A stretch of DNA of 64,000 nt from an uncultured Actinomycetes bacterium (GTDB taxonomy: Bacteria > Actinomycetota > UBA4738 > HRBIN12). The translations under genes were made by a program, and so were the position numbers. Positions 1 to 9,619 of the stretch are shown here, in pieces. The DNA is taken from contig OY969934.1 in NCBI GenBank assembly GCA_963704725.1, positions 1,856,001 to 1,920,000 of the forward strand. Reading direction: 5' to 3'. Each line of letters starts with the position of its first letter. Positions within the stretch are counted from its first letter, which is position 1. The notes under the pieces were generated by a model. It made no database searches. It was given only the letters and a program-made list of their open reading frames with translations, and was not told the origin of the DNA.

Positions 1-177
1 CGCGCGGCGCCCGAAGGCGGCCGAGCCACCGAGGAGGCCCGCCGGGCCCTGGCCAGAGCGGCCGGGGTCGCCGCCGGAGCGGTCCGACTGCGCACGGGGA
101 CGCGCTCGCGGACCAAGGTCTTCGAGGTGGAGGGCGTCGGCTCCGAGGAGCTCTTGAGACGCCTGCGAGGTGCCTGA
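1..177 (+). CDS. DUF167 (YggU-like) protein, 3' part (truncated by window edge)
   Basis: Frame 1 reads RAAPEGGRATEEARRALARAAGV...LRTGTRSRTKVFEVEG...*, resembling the DUF167 P-x-x-G-x-A and G-x-x-SR-x-K motifs; TGA at 175-177. Confidence 0.7.
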   Translation, partial: RAAPEGGRATEEARRALARAAGVAAGAVRLRTGTRSRTKVFEVEGVGSEELLRRLRGA

Positions 178-219
178 CGAGGGGTCGGAGGCCCGGGCGA
201 GAACGTGCCGGATGTCCCA

Positions 220-248
220 TTGTCTGGCAACCTGGGCGGTGCTAGCGT
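220..248 (+). promoter_or_regulatory. Putative sigma-A promoter TTGTCT-N17-TAGCGT upstream of the DksA/TraR gene
   Basis: Hexamers at 220-225 and 243-248 with a 17-nt spacer; ATG at 259. Confidence 0.45.
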
Positions 249-258
249 CCCCCGGACC

Positions 259-645
259 ATGGCCGCCAAGACCGTCTACACCAAGAAGGAGCTCGAGGAC
301 CTGCGCGAGCGTCTGCTGACCGAGCGATCCGAGTTGGAAGAGCAACTGACGACCATCGAGGAGCAATCGTTCGCCGCGTCGCAGTCGGACATCTCCGGTG
401 AGGTGTCATTCGACGAGGAGAACGCGGACGCCGGGACCTTCACGTTCGAGCGGGAGCGGGACCTGTCCATCGAGAACAACGTCCGCGACCTGCTGACCAA
501 GATCGATCGAGCCCTCGGGAAGATGGGCGAAGGGACGTACGGCATCTGCTCGCGATGCGGCAAACCGATCGAGAAGGCCCGGCTGAAGGCGCTCCCGTAC
601 GTCGACCTCTGCCTCAAGGACGCACAGGCGCAGTCGCGGCGGTAA
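259..645 (+). CDS. TraR/DksA family C4-type zinc finger protein
   Basis: Coiled coil with ADAGTFTFERERDLS, then GTYGICSRCGKPIEKARLKALPYVDLC; ATG 259 chosen as start. Confidence 0.9.
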   Translation: MAAKTVYTKKELEDLRERLLTERSELEEQLTTIEEQSFAASQSDISGEVSFDEENADAGTFTFERERDLSIENNVRDLLTKIDRALGKMGEGTYGICSRCGKPIEKARLKALPYVDLCLKDAQAQSRR

Positions 646-649
646 CGCC

Positions 650-1144
650 GTGACCGACCGTGCTCGCGAGCTCGCCCTCTGGCTCTATGCCACCGCGGCC
701 ACCGCGTACATCCTCGATCGAGCCACCAAGCTCTGGGTCGAGCGCACGCTCGCCGGGCGGCCCCCCCTGCGGGTGATCCCGGGCGTCCTGACCTTCACGT
801 ACACGACGAACTCGGGGGGCGCGTTCGGGCTCGGGCGGAGCGCCCCCTGGCTGTTCGCCGCCGCCTCCATCCTCGTGTCACTGGCCATCGTGGTCGCGTC
901 GTTCCGCCAGTCGCGGTTCGCGCTGTCGGTCGCCCTGGGCCTGATCCTGGGCGGCGCGCTCGGGAACCTCACCGATCGCGCCGTGAACGGGCCCGGGTTG
1001 ACCGGACACGTCACCGACTTCATCGACGTCGGGGTGTGGCCGGTGTTCAACCTCGCCGACAGCTGCATCGTGGTCGGGGCCCTGCTCCTTGCCCTGTCCA
1101 CCGCGGTCCACGACGAGCGCGGGGACGTGCCGCGGGAGGCCTGA
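650..1144 (+). CDS. lspA: Lipoprotein signal peptidase II
   Basis: Motifs DRATK, NSGGAFG, GALGNLTDR, VTDFI and WPVFNLAD. Confidence 0.95.
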   Translation: MTDRARELALWLYATAATAYILDRATKLWVERTLAGRPPLRVIPGVLTFTYTTNSGGAFGLGRSAPWLFAAASILVSLAIVVASFRQSRFALSVALGLILGGALGNLTDRAVNGPGLTGHVTDFIDVGVWPVFNLADSCIVVGALLLALSTAVHDERGDVPREA

Positions 1145-1146
1145 GC

Positions 1147-2037
1147 GTGGCCGAGGCGTTCGAGGCGCCCCCCGGCCGGCTCGACGTGGTCGTGGCCGAT
1201 CGGCTCGCCGTGAGCCGGGCGGAGGCGCAGCGGGCCATCGCCTCCGGCGACGTCACCGTCGACGGATCCCCGCGCACGAAGTCCTTCCGTCTGGCCGGGG
1301 GCGAGCGGGTGGTGGCGGACCTCGCGCCGGCGCGGGGCGTCCCCGCCGAGGGAGCTGCGGTGCCCCTGCGGTACCGGGACGGGCATCTCGTGGTCGTGGC
1401 CAAGCCCGCGGGGCTTCCCACGCATCCGACCGAGAACCGCAGGAGCGGCACGCTCGTCAACCGGCTGCTGGCGATGGGCGTCCCGCTCGCCCCGCGCGGG
1501 GGAGCGCTCCGGCCGGGCATCGTGCACCGGCTGGACGCCGGGACCTCGGGGCTGCTCGTGGTGGCCTGCGACGACCGGACCCACGAGGCGCTCGCCGCGC
1601 TGTTCGAGGCCCACGGCGCCGATCGTCGGTACCTCACGCTCGTGCGCGGAGCGGTCGAGCACGACCGGTTCGAGGTCGACGCGCCGCTGGGACGAAAAGG
1701 GGCGAGGATCCGCGTGGACGCCACCGCCGGACGGTCGGCCGCCACCGCGTTCGAGGTGCGCGAGCGTGCGGGACGGGCCACCCTGCTCGAGGCCGTCCCG
1801 AGGACCGGGCGCACCCACCAGATCCGTGTGCACCTGGCCTCCGTCGGCCACCCCATCCTCGGCGACGCCCGCTACGGCGGCGGCGGCGACGACGCCAGGG
1901 CGCTCGGGTTGGCGCGGCCGTTCCTGCACGCCGCGCGCCTCGCCTTCGACCACCCGGTCACGGGCGAGCGGATCGATCTCGAGGAGCCGCTGCCGGAGGA
2001 CCTGGAGGCGGCTCTGGCCCGAGCCCGGGCCGGGTGA
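1147..2037 (+). CDS. rluD: RluA family 23S rRNA pseudouridine synthase (RluD-like)
   Basis: N-terminal S4-like domain, KPAGL, GIVHRLDAGTSG and TGRTHQIRVH; follows lspA as usual; GTG 1147. Confidence 0.9.
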   Translation: MAEAFEAPPGRLDVVVADRLAVSRAEAQRAIASGDVTVDGSPRTKSFRLAGGERVVADLAPARGVPAEGAAVPLRYRDGHLVVVAKPAGLPTHPTENRRSGTLVNRLLAMGVPLAPRGGALRPGIVHRLDAGTSGLLVVACDDRTHEALAALFEAHGADRRYLTLVRGAVEHDRFEVDAPLGRKGARIRVDATAGRSAATAFEVRERAGRATLLEAVPRTGRTHQIRVHLASVGHPILGDARYGGGGDDARALGLARPFLHAARLAFDHPVTGERIDLEEPLPEDLEAALARARAG

Positions 2038-2043
2038 GGAGCG

Positions 2044-3171
2044 TCAGCGCCGGGCCCGCTCGGCTTCCTTGAGGTAGAGGGCGTGCTGGGTGCGGACCTC
2101 CTCGCGCGAGGAGAGCAGACGGTCCTCGACGTCGGGCGGGAGCGTGCGCGACTCGATCAGCGCGTTGAGCTTGCCCGGGTCGATGGACAACACGCCTTCC
2201 CACAGCCCCAGGGGCTCCAGGATCGCTCGCACCTGCTCCTGCAGCGGGGCCGTCACGTGCTGGGGGCGGCGGTCGATGGCCGCCCCGTCCGTCCCGAACA
2301 GGCGGCGGTACCCGTGCTCGTCGGCGAACGCGTTGATGAGCGGAGAGAGCTCGTCCAGACGACGATAGACCTCGCGGCCGCGCCGCTTGAGGTCGATCCA
2401 CTCGTCGACCACGGCGGTCATCCGGGGCGCAGGGTCGCCCTGCTCGCGCTCGGACCGGTGTCGGAACAGGGGGCACAGGGGCTGGTATTCGCACCAGTCG
2501 CAAAGCGGGTTCTGGCGGGGCTCGAACTTGCCGGCCGCGATCCGCTCCGCGACCGTGCCGATCCGCCGTCGGAGCTCGTCGACGTCGGCGGAGGTCCGCG
2601 CCGTCGTCATCCGCTGACCGGGAAGGAGGTAGTACAGGGTGAGCCGCTCGGGCTCGATGCCCCACACCTCGCGGGCGGCCAGGTGATAGATGCTGAGCTG
2701 CAGGTCGCGGTCGATCCGGGCCTGCGGCGGGAGCCGGCGGTTCGTCTTGTAGTCGATGATCTCGTAGCCGCCGCCGGGGATCCGGTCCATGCGGTCGATC
2801 ACGCCCGAGAGCGCGATGCCCTCCACCTCGACCGTGAATCGGAACTCGAGCGCGGCGGGGATGCGGTACTGCGGCGCGTTCTCCCGGTGGTACAGGCCGA
2901 GCACCTGGCGGCCGTGGTCCCGGTACATCTGCTCCTCGGATCCGTCGCGGAACCCGTCGGAGACCCAGGAGATCTCGAGCATCTCGTGGAGCTCCTCGAG
3001 CGAGGGCGGCACCGGCACCGGCCGGTCGTGGAACAGGTGCAGGGCGCGATGAAGCGAGTCCCCGAACGCAAGCGCCGGCGACGTGGCCTGCGGCACCCGG
3101 TCCTCGTACTGGAACTTGAACTTGGCCGGGCAGGTTTCGTAGGTGTTGATGCTCGAGTACGAGAGCCGCAT
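2044..3171 (-). CDS. PD-(D/E)XK nuclease (RecB/AddB/Cas4-like) with probable Fe-S cluster
   Basis: LSYSSINTYETCP, GDSLHRAL, GVIDRMD, IIDYKT, QLSIY and CDWCEYQPLCP; ATG 3171 with AGGAG Shine-Dalgarno (SD). Confidence 0.85.
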   Translation of the reverse strand: MRLSYSSINTYETCPAKFKFQYEDRVPQATSPALAFGDSLHRALHLFHDRPVPVPPSLEELHEMLEISWVSDGFRDGSEEQMYRDHGRQVLGLYHRENAPQYRIPAALEFRFTVEVEGIALSGVIDRMDRIPGGGYEIIDYKTNRRLPPQARIDRDLQLSIYHLAAREVWGIEPERLTLYYLLPGQRMTTARTSADVDELRRRIGTVAERIAAGKFEPRQNPLCDWCEYQPLCPLFRHRSEREQGDPAPRMTAVVDEWIDLKRRGREVYRRLDELSPLINAFADEHGYRRLFGTDGAAIDRRPQHVTAPLQEQVRAILEPLGLWEGVLSIDPGKLNALIESRTLPPDVEDRLLSSREEVRTQHALYLKEAERARR

Positions 3172-3266
3172 CGCGCTCCTCTTCCGGCCGGGCGGTGACC
3201 TCGGCTCTTGTCTGCTCGGTCGAGCGAGTCTATGCTTCGGGTCCCAGGAATCACAAGCATGTAAGT

Positions 3267-3286
3267 TTATCCACACGTTTCCCACA
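3267..3286 (+). promoter_or_regulatory. Tandem DnaA boxes (TTATCCACA 3267-3275; TTTCCCACA 3278-3286)
   Basis: One perfect and one near-consensus box, 2 nt apart, in the divergent nuclease/dnaE intergenic region. Confidence 0.65.
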
Positions 3287-3347
3287 CGGCCGTCCCCAGG
3301 GCCGTACGAGGTCAGGTGCCAAGGGTCGACAAGGAGCCCGGGTCTCG

Positions 3348-6300
3348 TTGAGCGGTCGAAGCTTCGTCCACCTCCACAACCACACCGAGTACTCGCTGCT
3401 GGACGGGGCCTCCCGGATCGACGCGCTGTTCGCGCGGGCGGCGGAGGAGGAGATGCCGGCCCTCGCCATCACCGACCACGGCGCCATGTTCGGCGCGCTG
3501 AGCTTCTACGAGGCCGGGCTGAAGGCGGGCGTCAAGCCGATCCTTGGCGTGGAGACCTACGTGGCGCCGTCCTCACGGTTCGAGCGCGCGCCGGGGGAGA
3601 GCGAGGAGAAGTACCGGCATCTCACGATCCTGGCCAAGGACGAGACGGGGTATCGGAACCTCCTGCGCCTCGTGACCGACGCCCACCTCGAGGGCTTCTA
3701 CCACCGGCCGAGGATCGACAAGGAGCTCCTCGCCGAGCGGGCCGAGGGCCTGATCGGGCTGTCGGGCTGTCTGGCGTCGGAGATCTCGCAGCTCCTGCTG
3801 GCGGGCCAGGACGCCAAGGCCGCCGACGTGGCCGCGACGTACGCGGGGATCTTCGGGGCCGGGAACTTCTTCGTCGAGCTCCAGGACCACGGGCTCGAGG
3901 ACCAGCGCCGGATCCTCGGCAAGCTCGTCGACCTCGCCCGGCACACCGGGCTGCCCCTGGTCGCGACGAACGACCTGCACTACACGGAGCGGGCCGACGC
4001 CAAGCCGCACGACGTGCTGCTCTGCATCCAGCAGCAGAAGGTCCAGACGGACACCAACCGCCTGCGCTTCGACACCGACCAGTTCTACCTGAAGACCGCC
4101 GACGAGATGCGCGAGGTCTTCCGCGACCTGCCGGAGGCCTGCGACAACACGCTCGCCATCGCCGAGATGTGCGATCTGCGACTCGCGTACGGCGACCAGG
4201 TGCCGCTCGAGGAACGCTTCCACGTCCCGCGGTTCGAGCCGCCCGAGGGGATGGACCGCGACGAGCACCTCCGGCGGCTGGTCGAAGACGGGGCGCGGCA
4301 GCGCTACGGCGAGCTGACGCCGGAGATCCGCGACCGCATCGGGCACGAGCTCGAGGTCATCACCTCGATGGGGTTCTCCGGGTACTTCCTCATCGTGTGG
4401 GACCTGATCCGGTTCGCCCGGGAGAGTGGGATCCGGGTGGGGCCGGGGCGGGGTTCGGCCGCGGGGTCCGTGGTCTCGTACTCGCTGCGGATCACCGACC
4501 TGGACCCGCTGCGGTACGGGCTCATCTTCGAGCGGTTCCTGAACCCGGGCCGGATCCAGATGCCCGACATCGACATGGACTTCGACGAGCGCCGCCGGGA
4601 CGAGGTCATCCGGTACGTGGCCTCGAAGTACGGCTCGGACCACGTGGCGCAGATCATCACGTTCCAGACGATCAAGGGGAAGCAGGGGATCCGCGACGCC
4701 GCCCGGGTGCTGGGGTTCCCGGCGAGCGTGGGGGACCGCCTGTGCAAGATGTACCCGCCCGCCGTGCTCGGTCGGGAGCACCCGATCGAGGAGGCGCTGA
4801 AGCTCTCGTCGGAGCTGCGCGACGCGTACGAGCGCGAACCGGAGTCCCGCGAGATCGTCGACACGGCACGCGCCCTCGAGGGTCTGCGACGCGAGGACTC
4901 GGTCCACGCCGCCGGCGTGGTGATCGGCGACGCCCCGCTCGTCAACTACCTGCCGCTCAAGCTCTCCAAGGACTCGCGGGACGACTCACGGCGCATCGTG
5001 ACGCAGTTCGACATGAAGGGGGTCGAGAAGCTCGGCCTCCTCAAGATGGACTTCCTCGGGCTGCGCAACCTCTCGGTGATCGAGGACACGCTGTCGCACC
5101 TGCGCCGCAGGGGCGTCGAGCTGGACATCGACCACGTGCCGCTCGACGACGAGACCGTGTACGCGATGCTGAAGCGCGGCGACACGACCGGGGTCTTCCA
5201 GATGGAGTCGCCGGGAATGCGTCAGCTGATCAAGGACCTCGAGCCGGACCGGTTCGAGGACCTCATGGCGCTCGTCGCCCTGTACCGGCCGGGACCGCTC
5301 AACGCGGGGATGCACACCGAGTACGCGCGGCGCAAGCACGGCCGCCACCCGGTCACGTATCCCCACGACGACCTGAAGGACATCCTGGAGGGGACCTACG
5401 GGATCATGGTCTACCAGGAGCAGGTCATGCAGATCGCGGTGCGCATGGCCGGGTACTCGATGGCCGAGGCCGACATGCTGCGGCAGGCCATGGGCAAGAA
5501 GATCCGCGAGAAGCTCATGGTCCACAAGGAGACGTTCATCCAGGGCTGCATCGACCACGGCTACACGCACAAGCTCGCCACGGAGGTGTTCGAGCTGATG
5601 GAGCCCTTCGCCGACTACGGCTTCAACGCCTCGCACGCCTGCGCGTACGGGTACGTCGCCTACCAGACGGCGTACCTCAAGGCCCATCACGCCGTCGAGT
5701 ACATGTCGGCGGTGCTCACCAGCGTGAAGGACGACAAGGACCGCAAGCCGTACTACCTGAACGCCTGCCGGCTGATGGGGCTCGAGGTCCTCCCGCCCGA
5801 CGTCAACGAGTCCGAGCAGGACTTCGCGCCGGTCTCGAGCGGCGAGGCGAAGATCCGCTACGGGCTCTCGGCCGTTCGCAACGTCGGAGGCGGGGCCGTG
5901 CAGCAGATCATCGACGGCCGCCTGGCCAAGGGCGCGTTCATCGGCTACGCGGACTTCTGCCGCAAGGTCGATCCGAGCGTCCTGACCAAGCGCGTACTGG
6001 AGAGCCTCATCGTGGCGGGCGCGTTCGACTCGCTCTCGTACCACCGCCGGGCGCTCCTGGAGAACCAGGACAAGGTCTCCGCCCCCATCTCCTCCGAGCG
6101 CAAGGCGGAGGAGGCCGGGCAGTTCTCGCTGTTCGGCGGGGGTGACGGCGCGGCCACCGACATCGACGAGTCCGTGCTCTCGGGGGAGGAGTTCGACAAG
6201 CGAACGCTGCTGCGCGAGGAGAAGAAGGTGCTCGGGCAGTTCGTGACGGACCACCCCCTGCTCGCCGTCAAGGACGTCCTGGCGGCGCAGACCGACATGG

Positions 6301-6884
6301 AGCTGTCCGACGTCGGGAACCTGGGCGACGGGGACGTGGTCCGGGTCGGCGGCATCGTGGCCGACGTCTCGCGCAAGTTCACGAAGAGGGGCGACCCGTT
6401 CGCGCAGTTCCGGCTGGAGGACCTCACCGGGGGGGTCACGGTCGTGGCGTTCCCCAACATCTACGAGCAGGTCCCCGAGCTCATCGAGGTCGACGCCATC
6501 GTCCTGGTGAAGGGGCGGGCCGACCTGCGGGGCCGCGAGCTCCAGCTCCGCGCGCTCGAGGTCGGCGAGCCCGATCTCGGCGCAGGCCGGCCCACCCGGA
6601 ACTCCGGCTCGGTACTGGTCGTGGACGTTGCGGCGGCGAGCTGCACGAACGCCACGGTCGCCAAGCTCAAGGAGCTGCTCGGGGCACACCCCGGCCGCTC
6701 GCCGGTCAGGGTCCGGTACCTGTCCTCGCACGGGGTCACGCCCCTCGACGTGGGGACCTTCCGGGTCGAGCCCGGTGCCGGGCTCCTGTCCGAGCTCCGA
6801 GCCCTGCTGGGCCACGCGGCGGTCGCGCTCGTGAAGCGAGACCTGATCGTCGCCGTCCCAGACGCCGCCGGCGCCCGGGCGTAG
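3348..6884 (+). CDS. dnaE: DNA polymerase III alpha subunit
   Basis: PHP domain (FVHLHNHTEYSLLDG, AITDHG), GPGRGSAAGS, MPDIDMDF, YGFNASHA and C-terminal OB fold; TTG 3348 after AAGGAG; no intein seen. Confidence 0.97.
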   Translation: MSGRSFVHLHNHTEYSLLDGASRIDALFARAAEEEMPALAITDHGAMFGALSFYEAGLKAGVKPILGVETYVAPSSRFERAPGESEEKYRHLTILAKDETGYRNLLRLVTDAHLEGFYHRPRIDKELLAERAEGLIGLSGCLASEISQLLLAGQDAKAADVAATYAGIFGAGNFFVELQDHGLEDQRRILGKLVDLARHTGLPLVATNDLHYTERADAKPHDVLLCIQQQKVQTDTNRLRFDTDQFYLKTADEMREVFRDLPEACDNTLAIAEMCDLRLAYGDQVPLEERFHVPRFEPPEGMDRDEHLRRLVEDGARQRYGELTPEIRDRIGHELEVITSMGFSGYFLIVWDLIRFARESGIRVGPGRGSAAGSVVSYSLRITDLDPLRYGLIFERFLNPGRIQMPDIDMDFDERRRDEVIRYVASKYGSDHVAQIITFQTIKGKQGIRDAARVLGFPASVGDRLCKMYPPAVLGREHPIEEALKLSSELRDAYEREPESREIVDTARALEGLRREDSVHAAGVVIGDAPLVNYLPLKLSKDSRDDSRRIVTQFDMKGVEKLGLLKMDFLGLRNLSVIEDTLSHLRRRGVELDIDHVPLDDETVYAMLKRGDTTGVFQMESPGMRQLIKDLEPDRFEDLMALVALYRPGPLNAGMHTEYARRKHGRHPVTYPHDDLKDILEGTYGIMVYQEQVMQIAVRMAGYSMAEADMLRQAMGKKIREKLMVHKETFIQGCIDHGYTHKLATEVFELMEPFADYGFNASHACAYGYVAYQTAYLKAHHAVEYMSAVLTSVKDDKDRKPYYLNACRLMGLEVLPPDVNESEQDFAPVSSGEAKIRYGLSAVRNVGGGAVQQIIDGRLAKGAFIGYADFCRKVDPSVLTKRVLESLIVAGAFDSLSYHRRALLENQDKVSAPISSERKAEEAGQFSLFGGGDGAATDIDESVLSGEEFDKRTLLREEKKVLGQFVTDHPLLAVKDVLAAQTDMELSDVGNLGDGDVVRVGGIVADVSRKFTKRGDPFAQFRLEDLTGGVTVVAFPNIYEQVPELIEVDAIVLVKGRADLRGRELQLRALEVGEPDLGAGRPTRNSGSVLVVDVAAASCTNATVAKLKELLGAHPGRSPVRVRYLSSHGVTPLDVGTFRVEPGAGLLSELRALLGHAAVALVKRDLIVAVPDAAGARA

Positions 6885-6901
6885 GTCGGTAGGCTGCGCC
6901 G

Positions 6902-7615
6902 ATGTCCTTCGAGGTGATCCCGGCGGTCGACGTCGCGGCCGGCCGTCTGGTGCGGATGTCCGCGGTCGGGACGACCCCGGTGGGCGCGTTCGACGGCGAT
7001 CCCCTGACGGCGGCGGCCGCCTACGTCGAGGCGGGCGCGCCTCGGTTGCACGTGGTCGACGTCGACCTGGCCCGCACGGGAGACCCGGCCAACCTGCCCG
7101 TGGTGAAGGCCGTGGCGGCGCTCGGCGTCGCGGTCCAGGCGAGCGGCGGCGTGACCTCCTCCCGCCACGTCGACGCGCTGCTGGGAGCGGGCGCGGGCCG
7201 CGTGGTGCTCGGCTCGGCGTCGCTCGGGAACCGGGCCGAGGTCGAGCAGCTGATCGCCCGGCACGGCGACCGCCTCTGCGTGGGGATCGAGGCCGACGGA
7301 CCCACCATCCGACCCCGAGGCGGGGGGCCCGAGCTGGCGCTGTGGGACACGCTGGTGTGGCTCGTCGGCCTGGACGTGCGCCGGTACGTGTTCACCGAGG
7401 TGGGCCGGGTGGGGGAGCTCGCCGGCCCGGACCTCGACGGCATCTGGGCGCTGGCCACCCACGCCGAGCGGCCGGTCATCGCCTCCGGAGGGATCCGCTC
7501 GATCGACGACCTCCGGGCGATCGCCCGGCTCGGCGGAGCCGTGGAGGGCGCCATCGTGGGCCGGGCGTTGCACGAGGGCCTCGACCTGGCCGAGGCGCTG
7601 CGCGCCGTGGCCTGA
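6902..7615 (+). CDS. HisA/PriA-family phosphoribosyl isomerase, divergent
   Basis: IPAVDV, LHVVDVD, QASGG, VIASGGIRS and GAIVGRAL motifs of the HisA barrel; heads trpCBA. Confidence 0.8.
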   Translation: MSFEVIPAVDVAAGRLVRMSAVGTTPVGAFDGDPLTAAAAYVEAGAPRLHVVDVDLARTGDPANLPVVKAVAALGVAVQASGGVTSSRHVDALLGAGAGRVVLGSASLGNRAEVEQLIARHGDRLCVGIEADGPTIRPRGGGPELALWDTLVWLVGLDVRRYVFTEVGRVGELAGPDLDGIWALATHAERPVIASGGIRSIDDLRAIARLGGAVEGAIVGRALHEGLDLAEALRAVA

Positions 7616-7649
7616 GGCCCGGGGGCGGCGCCGTACACTGCCCCTTCCC

Positions 7650-8426
7650 ATGGGCTTCCTGACCGACGTCGTGGACGGCGTCCGCCGACGGCTCGAGCGC
7701 CGTCCGCTCGACGAGTCCGGCCTCATGGCCATCGCCATGGGGCTGCCGCCCGCCAGGCCGTTCGTCGGCGCGCTGTGGGCCTCCCCCCAGCCGGCCGTCA
7801 TCGCCGAGGTCAAACGGTCCTCGCCCTCGGCCGGCCGGATCGCGGACGTCGACCCCGGGGCGCAGGCGAGGGCCTACGAGGCGGCCGGCGCGTCCGCGGT
7901 GTCCGTGTTGACCGAGCCCGAGCACTTCGACGGCGCCCTGGCCGACCTCCGGGCCGTCCATCTCGCGGTGGGGGTCCCCGTGCTGCGGAAGGACTTCCTG
8001 ATCCACCCGGCCCAGGTGATCGAGGCCCGTGCCGAGGGCGCCGACGCGGTCCTGCTGATCGCGGCGGCGCTGTCCGAGCTCGAGCTCCGGGCGATGCTCG
8101 CGGCCTCCGAGGACCTCGGCCTCGGCGCGCTCGTCGAGGCCTTCTCCGCCGAGGATCTCGAGGCGGCGCTCGCCACCGGGGCCACGGTGATCGGCGTCAA
8201 CGCCCGCGACCTGCAGACCCTCGAGGTCGACGTGGCCCGGGCCCTCGAGCTCCTGCGGCGGGTGCCCGAGGATCGGATCGCCGTGCTCGAGAGCGGCGTG
8301 TCGACCCGCGAGCACGTGCGGCTGGCGACCGAGGCCGGCGCTCGCGCCGTCCTCGTGGGCGAGGCGTTGATGCGGGCGGACGACCCGGGGGCCAAGCTCC
8401 GGGAGCTCGCGGGGTACCAGGCGTGA
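7650..8426 (+). CDS. trpC: Indole-3-glycerol phosphate synthase
   Basis: [36 protein letters not shown] and ESG. Confidence 0.95.
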   Translation: MGFLTDVVDGVRRRLERRPLDESGLMAIAMGLPPARPFVGALWASPQPAVIAEVKRSSPSAGRIADVDPGAQARAYEAAGASAVSVLTEPEHFDGALADLRAVHLAVGVPVLRKDFLIHPAQVIEARAEGADAVLLIAAALSELELRAMLAASEDLGLGALVEAFSAEDLEAALATGATVIGVNARDLQTLEVDVARALELLRRVPEDRIAVLESGVSTREHVRLATEAGARAVLVGEALMRADDPGAKLRELAGYQA

Positions 8427-9619
8427 GCGCGTCCGCTCCGTCCCTGCCCGACGCCCGGGGGAGGTTCGGCCGGTTCGGGGGCCGGTACGTCCCCGAGGTG
8501 CTGATCCCCGCCCTCGACGAGCTGGCGGGGACCTGGGGCGAGCTCCGGGGGGACCCGGCGTTCCGCGGTGAGCTCGACGCCCTGCTCCGGGACTACGTGG
8601 GGCGGCCGTCCCCGTTGACGTTCGCGGCGCGCCTGTCCGGGGAGCTGGGCTACCGGATCTGGCTCAAGCGCGAAGACCTGAACCACACGGGTGCCCACAA
8701 GATCAACAACACCCTGGGCCAGGTGCTCCTGGCTCGGCGGCTGGGCAAGGGCCGCATCATCGCCGAGACCGGTGCGGGGATGCACGGGGTGGCGACGGCG
8801 ACGGCCTGTGCCCTGTTCGGCCTGCCGTGCGTCGTCTACATGGGCGAGGAGGACACGGCGCGCCAGGCGCCCAACGTTTCCCGGATGGAGCTCCTCGGCT
8901 CAGAGGTCGTCACGGTCCGCTCCGGGAGCCGAACGCTCAAGGACGCGATGAACGAGGCCATGCGCGACTGGGCCGCGACCGTTCGGGACACGCACTACGT
9001 GATCGGGTCGGTGGCGGGACCCCACCCGTTCCCGGCCCTGGTCCGCGACCTCCAGCGGGTGATCGGGGACGAGGCCCGCGCGCAGATCCTGCAGGGCGAG
9101 GGCCGGCTTCCCGACGCCGTCGTCGCATGTGTCGGCGGCGGCAGCAACGCCATGGGGATCTTCGCGCCGTTCGTGGGAAGCCCGGGGGTGCGCCTGATCG
9201 GGGTGGAGGCGGGGGGGCGCGGCGACGGGCTCGGCGAGCATTGCCGCTCGCTCACGATGGGGGAGCCGGGCGTGCTCCACGGGTCGTTCTCGTACCTGCT
9301 CCAGGACGCGGACGGTCAGGTGGTTCCGACGCACTCGATCTCGGCAGGCCTGGACTACCCGGGTGTCGGGCCCGAGCACTCGTACCTGAAGGAGAACGGC
9401 CTGGCCGAGTACGTCTCCGCCACCGACGCCGACGCGCTCGCCGGGTTCCGGGCGCTCGCCCGGACCGAGGGCATCCTGCCGGCGCTCGAGCCCGCACACG
9501 CCATCGGCTGGCTGCTGGCGCGCCCCCTCCCCGAGGGCTCGCTCGTCGTGCTCAACGTCTCGGGCCGAGGCGACAAGGACCTCGACACGGTCCGGGCGGC
9601 GCTCGGATCCGCCGGCTGA
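8423..9619 (+). CDS. trpB: Tryptophan synthase beta subunit
   Basis: [26 protein letters not shown] and [15 protein letters not shown]; GTGA overlap with trpC. Confidence 0.97.
   Translation: MSASAPSLPDARGRFGRFGGRYVPEVLIPALDELAGTWGELRGDPAFRGELDALLRDYVGRPSPLTFAARLSGELGYRIWLKREDLNHTGAHKINNTLGQVLLARRLGKGRIIAETGAGMHGVATATACALFGLPCVVYMGEEDTARQAPNVSRMELLGSEVVTVRSGSRTLKDAMNEAMRDWAATVRDTHYVIGSVAGPHPFPALVRDLQRVIGDEARAQILQGEGRLPDAVVACVGGGSNAMGIFAPFVGSPGVRLIGVEAGGRGDGLGEHCRSLTMGEPGVLHGSFSYLLQDADGQVVPTHSISAGLDYPGVGPEHSYLKENGLAEYVSATDADALAGFRALARTEGILPALEPAHAIGWLLARPLPEGSLVVLNVSGRGDKDLDTVRAALGSAG

Noticed and set aside
3250-3290. oriC
   Set aside because: Only two DnaA boxes, no long AT-rich unwinding element, and no dnaA/dnaN nearby.
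3348-6884. Intein in dnaE, prompted by the LAGLIDADG gene in the window
   Set aside because: Length and motif spacing are normal, with no insertion or splice motifs.
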